Both the position numbers and the translations under genes were made by a program. This document shows positions 1 to 7,865 of a stretch of DNA of 16,123 nucleotides, one piece after another. The DNA is from a virus (taxonomy: Duplodnaviria; Heunggongvirae; Uroviricota; Caudoviricetes), in IMG/VR virus record IMGVR_UViG_2541047805_000004. The stretch is one strand, 5' to 3'. The notes below the pieces were generated by a model, which worked only from the letters and a program-made list of their open reading frames with translations, ran no database searches and had not been told where the DNA came from. Position 1 is the stretch's first letter. Every line of letters starts with the position of its first letter.

Positions 1-662
1 TCACTCTGCCAGATGGCGCAATGCCATCTGGTATCACTTAAAGGTATTAAAAACAACTTTTTGTCTTTTTACCTTCCCGTTTCGCTCAAGTTAGTATAAA
101 AAAGTTGAATGTGAAACGGTAAAAACAATTAATATCAACGGCTTATAATTGATTCAGTCTAAAAAATAGACTGCAAAACGCGACAAAACACAACATATCC
201 AGTCACTATGAATCAACTACTTAGATGGTATTAGTGACCTGTAACAGAGCATTAGCGCAAGGTGATTTTTGTCTTCTTGCGCTAATTTTTTGTCGTAAAA
301 TCGGTAACGTCTGGAAATCATTCAATACTCGCACTATCGGAAGTTCACCAGCCAGCCGCAGCACGTTATTGCATACAACGTGCTGCGGCATAAAACCAAT
401 GATTATTCCTTCCCGCACATGACATACCGCGACTTTATTTATCCCCAGCAGGAAATTTTTCATACAACTTCGACCCACCAACATCACAGGTAATCGTTCC
501 GCCTGTGTATTCTCGCGCCAACATCTACCACAATTTGTTTTCTTAGGATTGTAGTCACTCTTCTGGTTGTTTCACATAATAACTTGTATACTTCAGATAG
601 TATTCATAACCTCAAACTATTTAATGTATAAATTAGATCTGAAAGTTTAGGAAAGATTTTCT

Positions 663-1382
663 ATGTTGATCGTTTCTGTACTACGCTGCGGCAAGGATTT
701 TACGCCGAAACATGCACAATGGCTTCATAAACAATTTGGTTCAATGCCCTCAATCTGCTTGACTGATGCTGGAAGTATTGATGGTGTGAATACTGCACCT
801 TTGTTATTTGATTGGCCTGGTTGGTGGTCAAAAATGGAGTTATTTAACCCAAACCATCCAGTAATCGGGAATCATGACATTTTATATTTTGACATAGATG
901 TTGTCATTACTGGAAAATTGGATATTTTTACAAAAGCTAAAAATTTTACCATGCTCAGGGAGTTTAATCATCATGACCGTGTTAACTCCTCAATTATGAT
1001 GATTCCCGTTTCTGCAAAGACAAAAATATGGGAGGAATTTACTGCCAATCCTGAACAAATAATGCAAGAATGCAAAACTGAAGATAAATGGGGTGATCAA
1101 GGTTTTATCGGTAGTGTTACTAAGCCAGACTTATGGCAGGACATTATTCCAGATGCAATTAAAAGTTATAAATGCGATATAGCAACAAAATCAATGATTG
1201 GATACAATCCAGACCTGGCATCAAAATCAGCAACTGGGAAAGTACCTGACAGTGTTTCAGTTGTGTGTTTTCACGGTAGTCCACGCCCCTGGCGCACTGG
1301 TTTTAACTGGGTTCCATCTTTTTCTTTAAAAGATACGCTTTATGGCAAAGTAAAAAATCTCAAATTAAAGGTTAAAGGTTAA
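663..1382 (+). CDS. Putative glycosyltransferase, GT8 family-like (LgtC/RfaJ-like retaining glycosyltransferase); low-GC moron
   Basis: 239-aa ORF with ATG at 663 preceded by AGGAAAG about 8 nt upstream. The translation has, in the canonical GT8 order, an N-terminal hydrophobic strand (MLIVSVL), a DxD motif in hydrophobic context (ILYFDIDVVI, cf. LgtC VLYLDIDVLV), NSSIMMIPV...KIW (cf. NAGVLLINLKKW), GDQGFIGSV (cf. QDQDILN) and CFHGSPRPW (cf. HYCGPAKPW). The region is AT-rich relative to the lambda-like flanks. Function is inferred from motifs only. Confidence 0.5.
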   Translation: MLIVSVLRCGKDFTPKHAQWLHKQFGSMPSICLTDAGSIDGVNTAPLLFDWPGWWSKMELFNPNHPVIGNHDILYFDIDVVITGKLDIFTKAKNFTMLREFNHHDRVNSSIMMIPVSAKTKIWEEFTANPEQIMQECKTEDKWGDQGFIGSVTKPDLWQDIIPDAIKSYKCDIATKSMIGYNPDLASKSATGKVPDSVSVVCFHGSPRPWRTGFNWVPSFSLKDTLYGKVKNLKLKVKG

Positions 1383-1390
1383 AGGTTAAA
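1365..1390. repeat. Tandem heptamer repeat (TTAAAGG x3 plus partial unit) spanning the stop codon of the glycosyltransferase-like ORF
   Basis: Direct reading: ttaaagg ttaaagg ttaaagg ttaaa at 1365-1390. It encodes the C-terminal KLKVKG tail and contains the TAA stop at 1380-1382. Confidence 0.8.
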
Positions 1391-1395
1391 ATCAT

Positions 1396-1418
1396 AACCA
1401 CTCGCATAGCGGGTGGTT
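1396..1418. terminator. Stem-loop between convergent genes (possible bidirectional terminator) at the terminase truncation junction
   Basis: aaccactcgc ATA gcgggtggtt forms a roughly 10-bp stem (one G-U) with a 3-nt loop. It lies between the 3' ends of the + strand ORF (stop 1382) and the truncated terminase (stop 1458). The flanking T/A runs are modest. Confidence 0.35.
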
Positions 1419-1457
1419 ATCTGTCTCAGCCACGATACGCCTGAAACTGGCTTTAAG

Positions 1458-2048
1458 TCAGCAATAATAAAAGGAGTAAATCCTTCCGTTATCCTCATCA
1501 AAGGCAGCAAGTTCATCATAACCCGCCACATCCACCGACTTTTCACGGTAGTTTTTTGCCGCTTTACCGCCCAGGCACCAGAAGCCACGCCCATTGGTGA
1601 AACGCTTCATGGTGAGCGTGTTATCCCGGTGCTTTTTGCCATACCACGGGGCCAGCGCAAGCAGCGAAGGAATATCGCGGATGGTCGGCTCAACGTGGGT
1701 TTTCATAAAGTTCTCGGCATCACCATCCGTCGGCAACCAGATAAGGGTGTTGCGCTGCTTATGCTCTATGAAGTAGGCATAAACACCCAGCAGCATTTTG
1801 GAATAACCAACACGGGCAGACTTCACCACATTCACCTCGCGGACGTAGTCACTGCCCATCGCATTCATGATGGCCCGCTGAAAGGGCAGTGTTTCCCAGC
1901 GCCCTTCCTGGTATGCGGATTCTTTCGGGAGATAATAATTGGCATCCGCCCATTCAACGGCGGTCTGTGGCTCCGGCCTGAACAGTGAGCGAAGCCCGGC
2001 GCGGACAAAATGCCGCAGCCTGTTAACCTGACTGTTCGATATATTCAC
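1458..2048 (-). pseudogene. A: Terminase large subunit (lambda gpA-like), N-terminal fragment only; truncated
   Basis: The translation MNISNSQVNRLRHFVRAGLRSLF...KSVDVAGYDELAAFD matches my recollection of the lambda gpA N-terminus for about 183 residues, then diverges (EDNGRIYSFYYC-stop). Start is GTG at 2048, overlapping the Nu1 3' end as in lambda. The homology breakpoint is near 1495. Full-length gpA is about 640 aa, so the ATPase/nuclease regions are missing. Confidence 0.85.
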
Positions 2049-2568
2049 TCAGCAACCCCGGTATCAGTTCATCCAGCGCGGCTGCTTTGTTCATGGCTTT
2101 GATGATATCCCGTTTCAGGAAATCAACATGTCGGTTTTCCAGTTCCGGAAAACGCCGCTGCACCGACAGGGGGATCCCGTCGAGAATACTGGCAATTTCA
2201 CCTGCGATCCGCGACAGCACGAAAGTACAGAATGCGGTTTCCACCACTTCAGCGGAGTCTCTGGCATTTTTCAGCTCCTGTGCGTCGGCCTGTGCACGCG
2301 TAAGTCGATGGCGTTCGTACTCAATAGTCCCTGGCTGGAGATCTGCCTCGCTGGCCTGCCGCAGTTCTTCAACCTCCCGGCGCAGCTTTTCGTTCTCAAT
2401 TTCAGCATCCCTTTCGGCATACCATTTTATAACGGCGGCAGAGTCATAAAGCACCTCATTACCCTTGCCACCGCCTCGCAGAACGGGCATTCCCTGTTCC
2501 TGCCAGTTCTGAATGGTACGGATACTCGCACCGAAAATGTCAGCCAGCTGCTTTTTGTTGACTTCCAT
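2023..2568 (-). CDS. nohD: Terminase small subunit (lambda Nu1-like)
   Basis: 181-aa ORF MEVNKKQLADIFGASIRTIQNWQEQGMPVLRGGGKGNEVLYDSAAVIKWYAERDAEIENEKLRREVEELRQ..., which I recognise as the lambda Nu1 sequence (winged-HTH N-terminus). ATG at 2568; it sits immediately downstream of cos, as in lambda. Confidence 0.9.
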   Translation of the reverse strand: MEVNKKQLADIFGASIRTIQNWQEQGMPVLRGGGKGNEVLYDSAAVIKWYAERDAEIENEKLRREVEELRQASEADLQPGTIEYERHRLTRAQADAQELKNARDSAEVVETAFCTFVLSRIAGEIASILDGIPLSVQRRFPELENRHVDFLKRDIIKAMNKAAALDELIPGLLSEYIEQSG

Positions 2569-2574
2569 TGTTCA

Positions 2575-2800
2575 TTCCACGGACAAAAACAGAGAAAGGA
2601 AACGACAAAGGCCCAAAAGTTCGTTTTCAGCACCTGTCGTTTCCTTTCTTTTCAGGGGGTATTTTAAATAAAAACATTAAGTTACGACGAAGAAGAACGG
2701 AAACGCCTTAAACCGGAAAATTTTCATAAATAGCGAAAACCCGCGAGGTCGCCGCCCCGTAACCTGTCGGATCGCCGGAAAGGACCCACAAAATGATAAT
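2575..2800 (-). other. cos: Lambda-type cohesive end site (cosQ-cosN-cosB)
   Basis: The reverse complement of 2746-2757 is GGGCGGCGACCT, the lambda 12-nt cohesive end, followed on the minus strand by CGCGGGTTTTCGCTATTTATGAAAATTTTCCGGTTTAAGGCG (lambda left-end/cosB sequence) leading into Nu1. On the other side, ...CGATCCGACAGGTTACG matches the lambda right end. Confidence 0.75.
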
Positions 2801-2956
2801 GATTATCATCTGCATGTCACAACGTGCATCTACGCCATCAAACCACGTCAAATAATCAATTATGACGCAGGTATCGTATTAATTGATCTGCATCAACTTA
2901 ACGTAAAAACAACTTCAGACAATACAAATCAGCGACACTGAATACGGGACAACCTC

Positions 2957-3190
2957 ATGTCAACGAAGAACAGAACCCGCAGAACAACAACCCGCAACAT
3001 CCGCTTTCCTAACCAAATGATTGAACAAATTAACATCGCTCTTGATCAAAAAGGGTCCGGGAATTTCTCAGCCTGGGTCATTGAAGCCTGCCGCCGGAGA
3101 CTGTGCTCAGAAAAAAGAGTTTCTCCTGAAGCAAACAAAGAAAAGAGTGACATTACTGAATTGCTCAGAAAACAGATCAGACCAGATTGA
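2957..3190 (+). CDS. ylcI: Small basic protein, YlcI/YnfO-like (DUF3950); possible ribbon-helix-helix DNA-binding protein
   Basis: 77-aa ORF with ATG at 2957. It has an N-terminal Arg/Thr-rich basic stretch followed by RNIRFPNQMIEQINIALDQKGSGNFSAWVIEA, a strand-helix-helix-like pattern. Its position next to cos matches the ylcI locus of DLP12 and the small right-end ORF of lambda. Confidence 0.55.
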   Translation: MSTKNRTRRTTTRNIRFPNQMIEQINIALDQKGSGNFSAWVIEACRRRLCSEKRVSPEANKEKSDITELLRKQIRPD

Positions 3191-3248
3191 AGCAATTTAG
3201 ATAATCGTGCAGACTACGCCCCCCTCATATCACATGGAAGGTTTATCT

Positions 3249-3659
3249 ATGGATCAGGTAGTCATTTTTAAACAAATATTTGATAAAGTTCGAAACGATT
3301 TAAACTATCAATGGTTTTATTCTGAGCTAAAACGTCACAATGTCTCACATTACATTTACTATTTAGCCACAGAGAATGTTCATATTGTATTAAAAAATGA
3401 TAATACAGTGTTATTAAAGGGCCTAAAAAACATTGTGTCTGTCAAATTTTCAAAGGATAGGCATCTTATAGAAACGACCTCTAATAAGCTGAAATCCAGA
3501 GAGATCACATTTCAGGAATACAGAAGAAACCTTGCTAAAGCAGGAGTTTTTCGGTGGGTTACAAATATCCACGAACAAAAAAGATATTACTATACCTTTG
3601 ATAATTCATTACTCTTTACTGAAAACATACAGAGCACATCACAAATGTTTCCACACTAA
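3249..3659 (+). CDS. ybcV: DUF1398-family protein YbcV-like
   Basis: The ORF frame is open from 3207 (GTG). In-frame ATGs are at 3234 and 3249. The 3249 start has GGAAGG about 7 nt upstream and gives a 136-aa product, the length I recall for K-12 YbcV. It is 16 bp downstream of, and co-oriented with, the ylcI-like gene. Confidence 0.6.
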   Translation: MDQVVIFKQIFDKVRNDLNYQWFYSELKRHNVSHYIYYLATENVHIVLKNDNTVLLKGLKNIVSVKFSKDRHLIETTSNKLKSREITFQEYRRNLAKAGVFRWVTNIHEQKRYYYTFDNSLLFTENIQSTSQMFPH

Positions 3660-3961
3660 ACCATAACGTCCGGTTTCTTCTACCCCTGCACCGGACTGGC
3701 TGACATGAAGAGCAACCCCGCGTTCAGTTGACGCGTTAATAACCCGGTGTGCATCGTTTTTGATTATTCCCGCACACTCACGCAGAAGGAATTCCCCGTC
3801 GGGCTACGGTCATGGTTAATGCGGGAATACGGCGACGATACAGCGCATGATGTGTCAGGCTTGAATACCTTTATCCGTTAAAAGGGATATCAGTTAAGTT
3901 ATCCCGTGCAGGGTATAAGCCATTATCAAGCCCCCCGTAGATAGGCTTTGTAATGACATCT

Positions 3962-4486
3962 TCAATTAATCAGCAGTTCAGGCTGTGTCACCTGCAAGAT
4001 GTATTCATGCTCGACAGTCAGGACACGCTTCTCTTTCTTCCGTTCGTTCATTAACCGACTGCCGATCGTACCTTTCAGCTTTGAGCGTGTTTCTTTGATG
4101 GCGTAGCGGTGCTGCATTTCTTCGCCAATTGCCATGCGGCGGCTCAGTTGTTCTGCCATCCAGTTGAATGCTGCGATATAGCTCTCCTTGATTGCCGCAG
4201 CAGCTTTCCCGGTGAACCCCATCACAACCATGATCCAGCCATCTTTCGTCAGGCTGTACATCGGGCGAACCTTGCCCTGCTCATCGATATAATCAGCCGA
4301 CGCAAAATTGCGTTGGCTAAACTCACGCGAGCAATCAGCCTTAACCTGCTCGATTTTCCTGAGAACATCACCGTGTCGCTTGCCGAAGTACTTGGCAATT
4401 TTTCTGGATGTGGTAACGACCTCTCCGTTTTTGGCTTGCACCATTTCTCGGAAGTCGAAGGCTGGAATAACTGAATGATTATTCAT
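3962..4486 (-). CDS. Phage regulatory protein, Rha family (antirepressor-like)
   Basis: A 174-aa product from the ATG at 4486: MNNHSVIPAFDFREMVQAKNGEVVTTSRKIAKYFGKRHGDVLRKIEQ... This N-terminal signature is typical of the Rha/ORF6N domain family. The longer 255-aa ORF in the track has an N-terminal extension with no protein-like character. Confidence 0.6.
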   Translation of the reverse strand: MNNHSVIPAFDFREMVQAKNGEVVTTSRKIAKYFGKRHGDVLRKIEQVKADCSREFSQRNFASADYIDEQGKVRPMYSLTKDGWIMVVMGFTGKAAAAIKESYIAAFNWMAEQLSRRMAIGEEMQHRYAIKETRSKLKGTIGSRLMNERKKEKRVLTVEHEYILQVTQPELLIN

Positions 4487-4630
4487 AGCGTCTTTACCTT
4501 TTAGAAAGTGAGCCTGTCTCACAGAAAAGCCGCCCGAGAGAGGTCGCCACCTATAACGGCATTTCTCAGGCTCGCTTACTGAAAGGCTCTCGTTAATATG
4601 CGCGTGAGATGCGCTGTGAAATTCAGATAT

Positions 4631-4654
4631 AAAAAGCCCCGCGAATGCGAGGCT
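4631..4654 (-). terminator. Rho-independent terminator downstream of the lysis cassette (Rz/Rz1)
   Basis: The minus strand reads GCCTCGC ATTC GCGGGGC TTTTTAT: a 7-bp GC-rich stem (one G-U), a 4-nt loop and a T5 run. It lies about 175 nt after the Rz stop and about 145 nt before the Rha-like start. Confidence 0.6.
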
Positions 4655-4828
4655 AAATCCTGGTATTTGTAATGAACTGGCTCTTATCTCAACGCAGCCC
4701 CTTACTGCGCGCCAGATGCTCAATATCAAGCATCAGCAATGAGATGTTTAATCTGGATTTACTCCAGAAGTGATCACCACCCTGTCTACAGAGCCAGATG
4801 TGAAGGATGATGAGTAAAATTATCGCTA

Positions 4829-5296
4829 TCATCGAAGGCATTGCGTCCTAATGTATTCCTGAAGCGTTCTCAGTGCTGTTTGGTCGCGGATAATTCCGTC
4901 CCGGATATCGAGAACGTTTCGTCCAGCAACTGGAGAGAGTTCGACGGTGGCATCATTGCCCATGCCGGAGGCGCTGGAGGTTTCGGCAGAGGATGGCACA
5001 GGGCATTTTCCTTTGACGAGCACCCTGCCACCATTATCAAGCTTCCGCAGAAGAGCATCATTTTCAGCTTTCGCATCAGCTAACTCCTTCGTGTATTTTG
5101 CATCGAGCGCAGCAACATCACGCTGACGCATCTGCATGTCAGTAATTGCCGCGTTCGCCAGCTTCAGTTCTCTGACATTTTTGTCGCGCTGGGCTTTGTA
5201 GGTAATGGCGTTATCACGGTAATGATTAACAGCCCATGACAGGCAGACGATGATGCAGATAACCAGAGCGGAGATAATCGCGGTTACTCTGCTCAT
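4829..5296 (-). CDS. rzpD: Spanin inner-membrane subunit (Rz, i-spanin)
   Basis: [40 protein letters not shown]..., N-terminal TM followed by a coiled-coil; Rz-like. The ATG at 5296 overlaps the endolysin stop (ATGA). The track's longer ORF starts four codons upstream. Confidence 0.85.
   Translation of the reverse strand: MSRVTAIISALVICIIVCLSWAVNHYRDNAITYKAQRDKNVRELKLANAAITDMQMRQRDVAALDAKYTKELADAKAENDALLRKLDNGGRVLVKGKCPVPSSAETSSASGMGNDATVELSPVAGRNVLDIRDGIIRDQTALRTLQEYIRTQCLR
4870..5076 (-). CDS. rzoD: Spanin outer-membrane lipoprotein subunit (Rz1, o-spanin), embedded in the +1 frame of Rz
   Basis: 68-aa ORF wholly inside Rz: [21 protein letters not shown]... It has a lipobox (VAGC) and a proline-rich [11 protein letters not shown] segment, typical of Rz1. 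Confidence 0.7.
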   Translation of the reverse strand: MRKLKMMLFCGSLIMVAGCSSKENALCHPLPKPPAPPAWAMMPPSNSLQLLDETFSISGTELSATKQH

Positions 5297-5790
5297 TGTT
5301 TCCCCCACAAACAGACTTCACGCTCAATCTCACGGCGAGTCATCAGTCCTTTCCATTGATTACCGCCAGCGTATGTCCAGCGCCGTAGCTGATCACATGC
5401 GCCTTTGATATCACCGTGGTTTATTTTGCGAAGAAGCGTCGATGTTCTGAAATTGCCAGCACCCACGTTGTAGACGAACGAGTAAAGAGCGCCGCGCGTT
5501 GTTTCCGGTATATCAACTTTTATGTACGGGTTAATTTGTCTGGCGACCGTGGCAAGGTCTTTATTCAGGAGGGCTTTGCATTCTGCTTTGGTATACGTTT
5601 TACCGAGCATGATGTCTTTTCCTGTATGCCCGTGACATACAGTCCATACACCAACAATATCTTTGTATGGTATGTAGCTGACACCTTCCAGACCATCGTT
5701 ACCACTTGGGCCAGTGATTAACACTGATGCTATAGCAATTGCTCCGCCACCAATAGCAGCAGCAACGGCTTTTCGTAATGATGGAGGCAT
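5293..5790 (-). CDS. rrrD: SAR endolysin (T4-lysozyme-like, GH24) of the phage 21 type
   Basis: 165-aa ORF whose N-terminal Gly/Ala-rich weakly hydrophobic segment ([18 protein letters not shown]) is a signal-anchor-release domain, followed by a lysozyme domain. I recognise it as DLP12 RrrD / phage 21 R. The ATG at 5790 overlaps the holin stop. Confidence 0.9.
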   Translation of the reverse strand: MPPSLRKAVAAAIGGGAIAIASVLITGPSGNDGLEGVSYIPYKDIVGVWTVCHGHTGKDIMLGKTYTKAECKALLNKDLATVARQINPYIKVDIPETTRGALYSFVYNVGAGNFRTSTLLRKINHGDIKGACDQLRRWTYAGGNQWKGLMTRREIEREVCLWGKQ

Positions 5791-6005
5791 TATTCACCTC
5801 TCGCAGCCTTGCGCTTATCTTCTTTAATCTTGAAATAAAGGTTTGTCAGGTACGTCAGCAGGCCAAATACCAGGCTACCCAGCACACCTATTGCTGCCCA
5901 CTGTGAGGGCGTGACTTTATCGAGCAGCTGTAAAAACCAGTAACCGGCACTACCTGCTGAGGTGCCATAGGCGACACCCGTTGTTAACTTATCCATGGAT
6001 TTCAT
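5790..6005 (-). CDS. essD: Pinholin (S21-family holin) with dual-start motif
   Basis: [71 protein letters not shown]. It has two closely spaced starts (ATG at 6005 and 5996, Met-Lys-Ser-Met), characteristic of an antiholin/holin pair. The RBS GAGGTGG lies upstream of 6005. The track ORF extends 15 codons further upstream. Confidence 0.85.
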
Positions 6006-6594
6006 AACCCCACCTCGCAGACAAAGCGGGTGTAAATTGAGGGAATACAACGTATCGCAAAAAAGCAGAAACGTAACAGACTCGGAGTCAGTGAATAACT
6101 CAGGTATTGAGTTATCAGCTAATATCGAGACTCAAAAAATGGAAAAACCAGCTCGACGGCGGGTTTAAGCTGTGTGACGAAGTAACCACTCTTAACAGCA
6201 TAACCAATTTTTTACGTACGTAAACCACTGAATGATATTTATGAGAATGCTACCGAGTGTTCAAAACACCACCACAAATACATAAGAAAACCTCAACAAA
6301 TAACCAATAAATAATTTCCGGCGTTATTTTTAGTTAATTTAAATTAAACCATCGAATTATAGACCCCCCCATAAATAACAGCCATTAATATAAATTAGCT
6401 AATAGGTTTATTTTTGTTCAAATAAGAGCCATAAATAGGTTTCGATAGAAAAAGTTCAGATAAAAATAGAGATCTACTTCACAAATTAAATGAGAAACTA
6501 AAACTTACATCTTGAAATAATCACATTGATTAGATGAATATTTATCGCGCAGTGACATCATTTTTTAATAATAGTTCAAAAAAAAGGGCTCACG

Positions 6595-7677
6595 ATGAAA
6601 AAATTAACAGTGGCAATTTCTGCTGTAGCTGCATCAGTACTGATGGCGATGTCTGCTCAGGCAGCTGAAATTTATAATAAAGACAGTAACAAGCTGGATC
6701 TGTACGGGAAAGTTAATGCTAAGCACTACTTCTCCTCTAATGATGCAGATGATGGTGATACTACTTATGCCCGTCTTGGCTTCAAAGGTGAAACCCAAAT
6801 CAACGATCAACTGACTGGTTTCGGTCAGTGGGAATATGAATTCAAAGGCAACCGCGCTGAATCTCAAGGTTCCTCCAAAGATAAAACCCGTCTTGCCTTC
6901 GCTGGCCTGAAATTCGGTGACTACGGCTCCATCGATTACGGCCGTAACTACGGTGTAGCATACGACATCGGTGCGTGGACTGACGTCCTGCCAGAATTCG
7001 GTGGTGACACTTGGACTCAAACAGATGTGTTCATGACTGGTCGCACCACTGGTGTTGCAACTTATCGTAACAACGACTTCTTTGGTCTGGTTGATGGTCT
7101 GAACTTTGCTGCTCAGTATCAGGGTAAAAATGACCGCACTGACGTAACTGAAGCTAATGGTGATGGTTTCGGTTTCTCCACTACTTATGAGTATGAAGGA
7201 TTCGGTGTAGGTGCAACCTATGCTAAATCTGATCGCACTAATAATCAGGTTATCTACGGTAACAACGGTCTGAATGCTTCTGGTCAAAATGCTGAAGTAT
7301 GGGCAGCTGGTCTGAAATATGATGCGAACAACATCTATCTGGCCACCACCTATTCTGAAACCCAGAACATGACTGTTTTTGGTAATAACCATATTGCCAA
7401 CAAAGCACAAAACTTCGAAGCTGTTGCACAATATCAGTTCGACTTCGGCCTGCGTCCATCCGTTGCTTACCTGCATTCTAAAGGAAAAGACTTGGGTGTT
7501 TGGGGTGATCAGGACCTGGTTGAATATGTTGATGTAGGTGCAACCTATTACTTCAACAAAAATATGTCCACTTTTGTTGACTACAAAATCAACCTGATTG
7601 ATAAGAGCGATTTCACGAAAGCATCTGGCGTTGCTACCGATGATATCGTTGCTGTAGGTATGGTTTACCAGTTCTAA
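6595..7677 (+). CDS. nmpC: OmpC/OmpF-family general porin (NmpC/OmpD-like), apparently intact
   Basis: 360-aa ORF with signal peptide [23 protein letters not shown]|AEIYNKD, porin hallmarks throughout, and a C-terminal aromatic residue (…VYQF). AAGGG RBS before the ATG at 6595. It lies between Q and the holin on the opposite strand, the position of nmpC in DLP12. Confidence 0.9.
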   Translation: MKKLTVAISAVAASVLMAMSAQAAEIYNKDSNKLDLYGKVNAKHYFSSNDADDGDTTYARLGFKGETQINDQLTGFGQWEYEFKGNRAESQGSSKDKTRLAFAGLKFGDYGSIDYGRNYGVAYDIGAWTDVLPEFGGDTWTQTDVFMTGRTTGVATYRNNDFFGLVDGLNFAAQYQGKNDRTDVTEANGDGFGFSTTYEYEGFGVGATYAKSDRTNNQVIYGNNGLNASGQNAEVWAAGLKYDANNIYLATTYSETQNMTVFGNNHIANKAQNFEAVAQYQFDFGLRPSVAYLHSKGKDLGVWGDQDLVEYVDVGATYYFNKNMSTFVDYKINLIDKSDFTKASGVATDDIVAVGMVYQF

Positions 7678-7687
7678 TTTGATTACT

Positions 7688-7727
7688 AAAAGATATGTTG
7701 TGGGAGGCTTTGCCTCCCCAACATATA
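7688..7727 (-). terminator. Predicted tR'-like intrinsic terminator for the short late leader transcript
   Basis: The minus strand reads ATATGTTGGGGAGGC AAA GCCTCCCACAACATAT followed by CTTTTAG: a long GC-rich stem with a T-run. Its position about 100-170 nt downstream of Q is analogous to lambda tR'. Confidence 0.5.
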
Positions 7728-7789
7728 AGTGGCTCCCTCAAGCCACTTCCTTTAGAAGCACAACCTTGCTTCTAACTATACAAACCTTC

Positions 7790-7850
7790 TGTTATATATT
7801 ACCCTTTATTTTTGGGGGCGTTTCAACGCCCCATTTTTAATAACTTTTAG
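7790..7850 (-). promoter_or_regulatory. Predicted late promoter (pR'-like) and Q-utilisation region
   Basis: Immediately downstream of the Q stop, the minus strand has TTGAAA followed 18-19 nt later by TAATAT. Assigned by position and by analogy with lambdoid late regions; the exact start and pause site cannot be fixed from sequence alone. Confidence 0.3.
7814..7838 (+). terminator. Rho-independent terminator of the porin gene
   Basis: GGGGCGTT TCAA CGCCCC followed by ATTTTT on the + strand, about 140 nt after the porin stop. It overlaps the predicted late-promoter region on the opposite strand. Confidence 0.6.
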
Positions 7851-7865
7851 TAAATAATTGGCGTA

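Noticed and set aside
221-487. Overlapping 88-aa (-) and 65-aa (+) ORFs in the AT-rich 5' segment
   Set aside because: They overlap each other almost completely, have weak or absent ribosome-binding sites and no recognisable motifs. I checked for a SAM-methyltransferase motif (GxGxG) because a methyltransferase pseudogene is annotated near this position in some DLP12 copies, and found none.
1413-1988. 191-aa + strand ORF and 60-71-aa ORFs (1379-1594, 1594-1776) overlapping the truncated terminase
   Set aside because: They lie antisense to or out of frame with a sequence that matches lambda gpA in the minus frame, and show no protein-like features. Treated as shadow ORFs.
2087-2667. ORFs 2087-2449 (+), 2128-2667 (+) and 2427-2633 (-, 68 aa) overlapping Nu1 and cosB
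   Set aside because: The region is fully accounted for by Nu1 and cos. The 68-aa minus ORF could correspond to an annotated small gene (ybcW) in some genomes, but it overlaps Nu1 and cosB in another frame and has no start context, so I could not support it.
3667-3740. Short inverted repeats (gtccgg...ccggac; aacgcgtt) between ybcV and the Rha gene
   Set aside because: The stems are 6-8 bp with long loops or no T-runs, too weak to call as terminators or operators without further evidence.
4109-4474. 121-aa + strand ORF antisense to the Rha-family gene; 4841-5083 (+) antisense to Rz
   Set aside because: Contained within better-supported genes on the opposite strand, with no independent evidence.
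6050-6594. Possible tRNA genes or toxin genes in the Q-S interval (as in Stx phages)
   Set aside because: I scanned for T-loop-like GGTTCGA/TTCGAAT signatures and for ORFs and found neither. The interval is AT-rich non-coding sequence that most likely holds the porin promoter.
6634-7476. 280-aa ORF on the minus strand, antisense to the porin gene (also 7250-7459)
   Set aside because: It is entirely contained within a recognisable porin gene on the other strand. The translation is low-complexity and Cys/Thr/Val-rich with no family resemblance. Long antisense ORFs are common in such genes.
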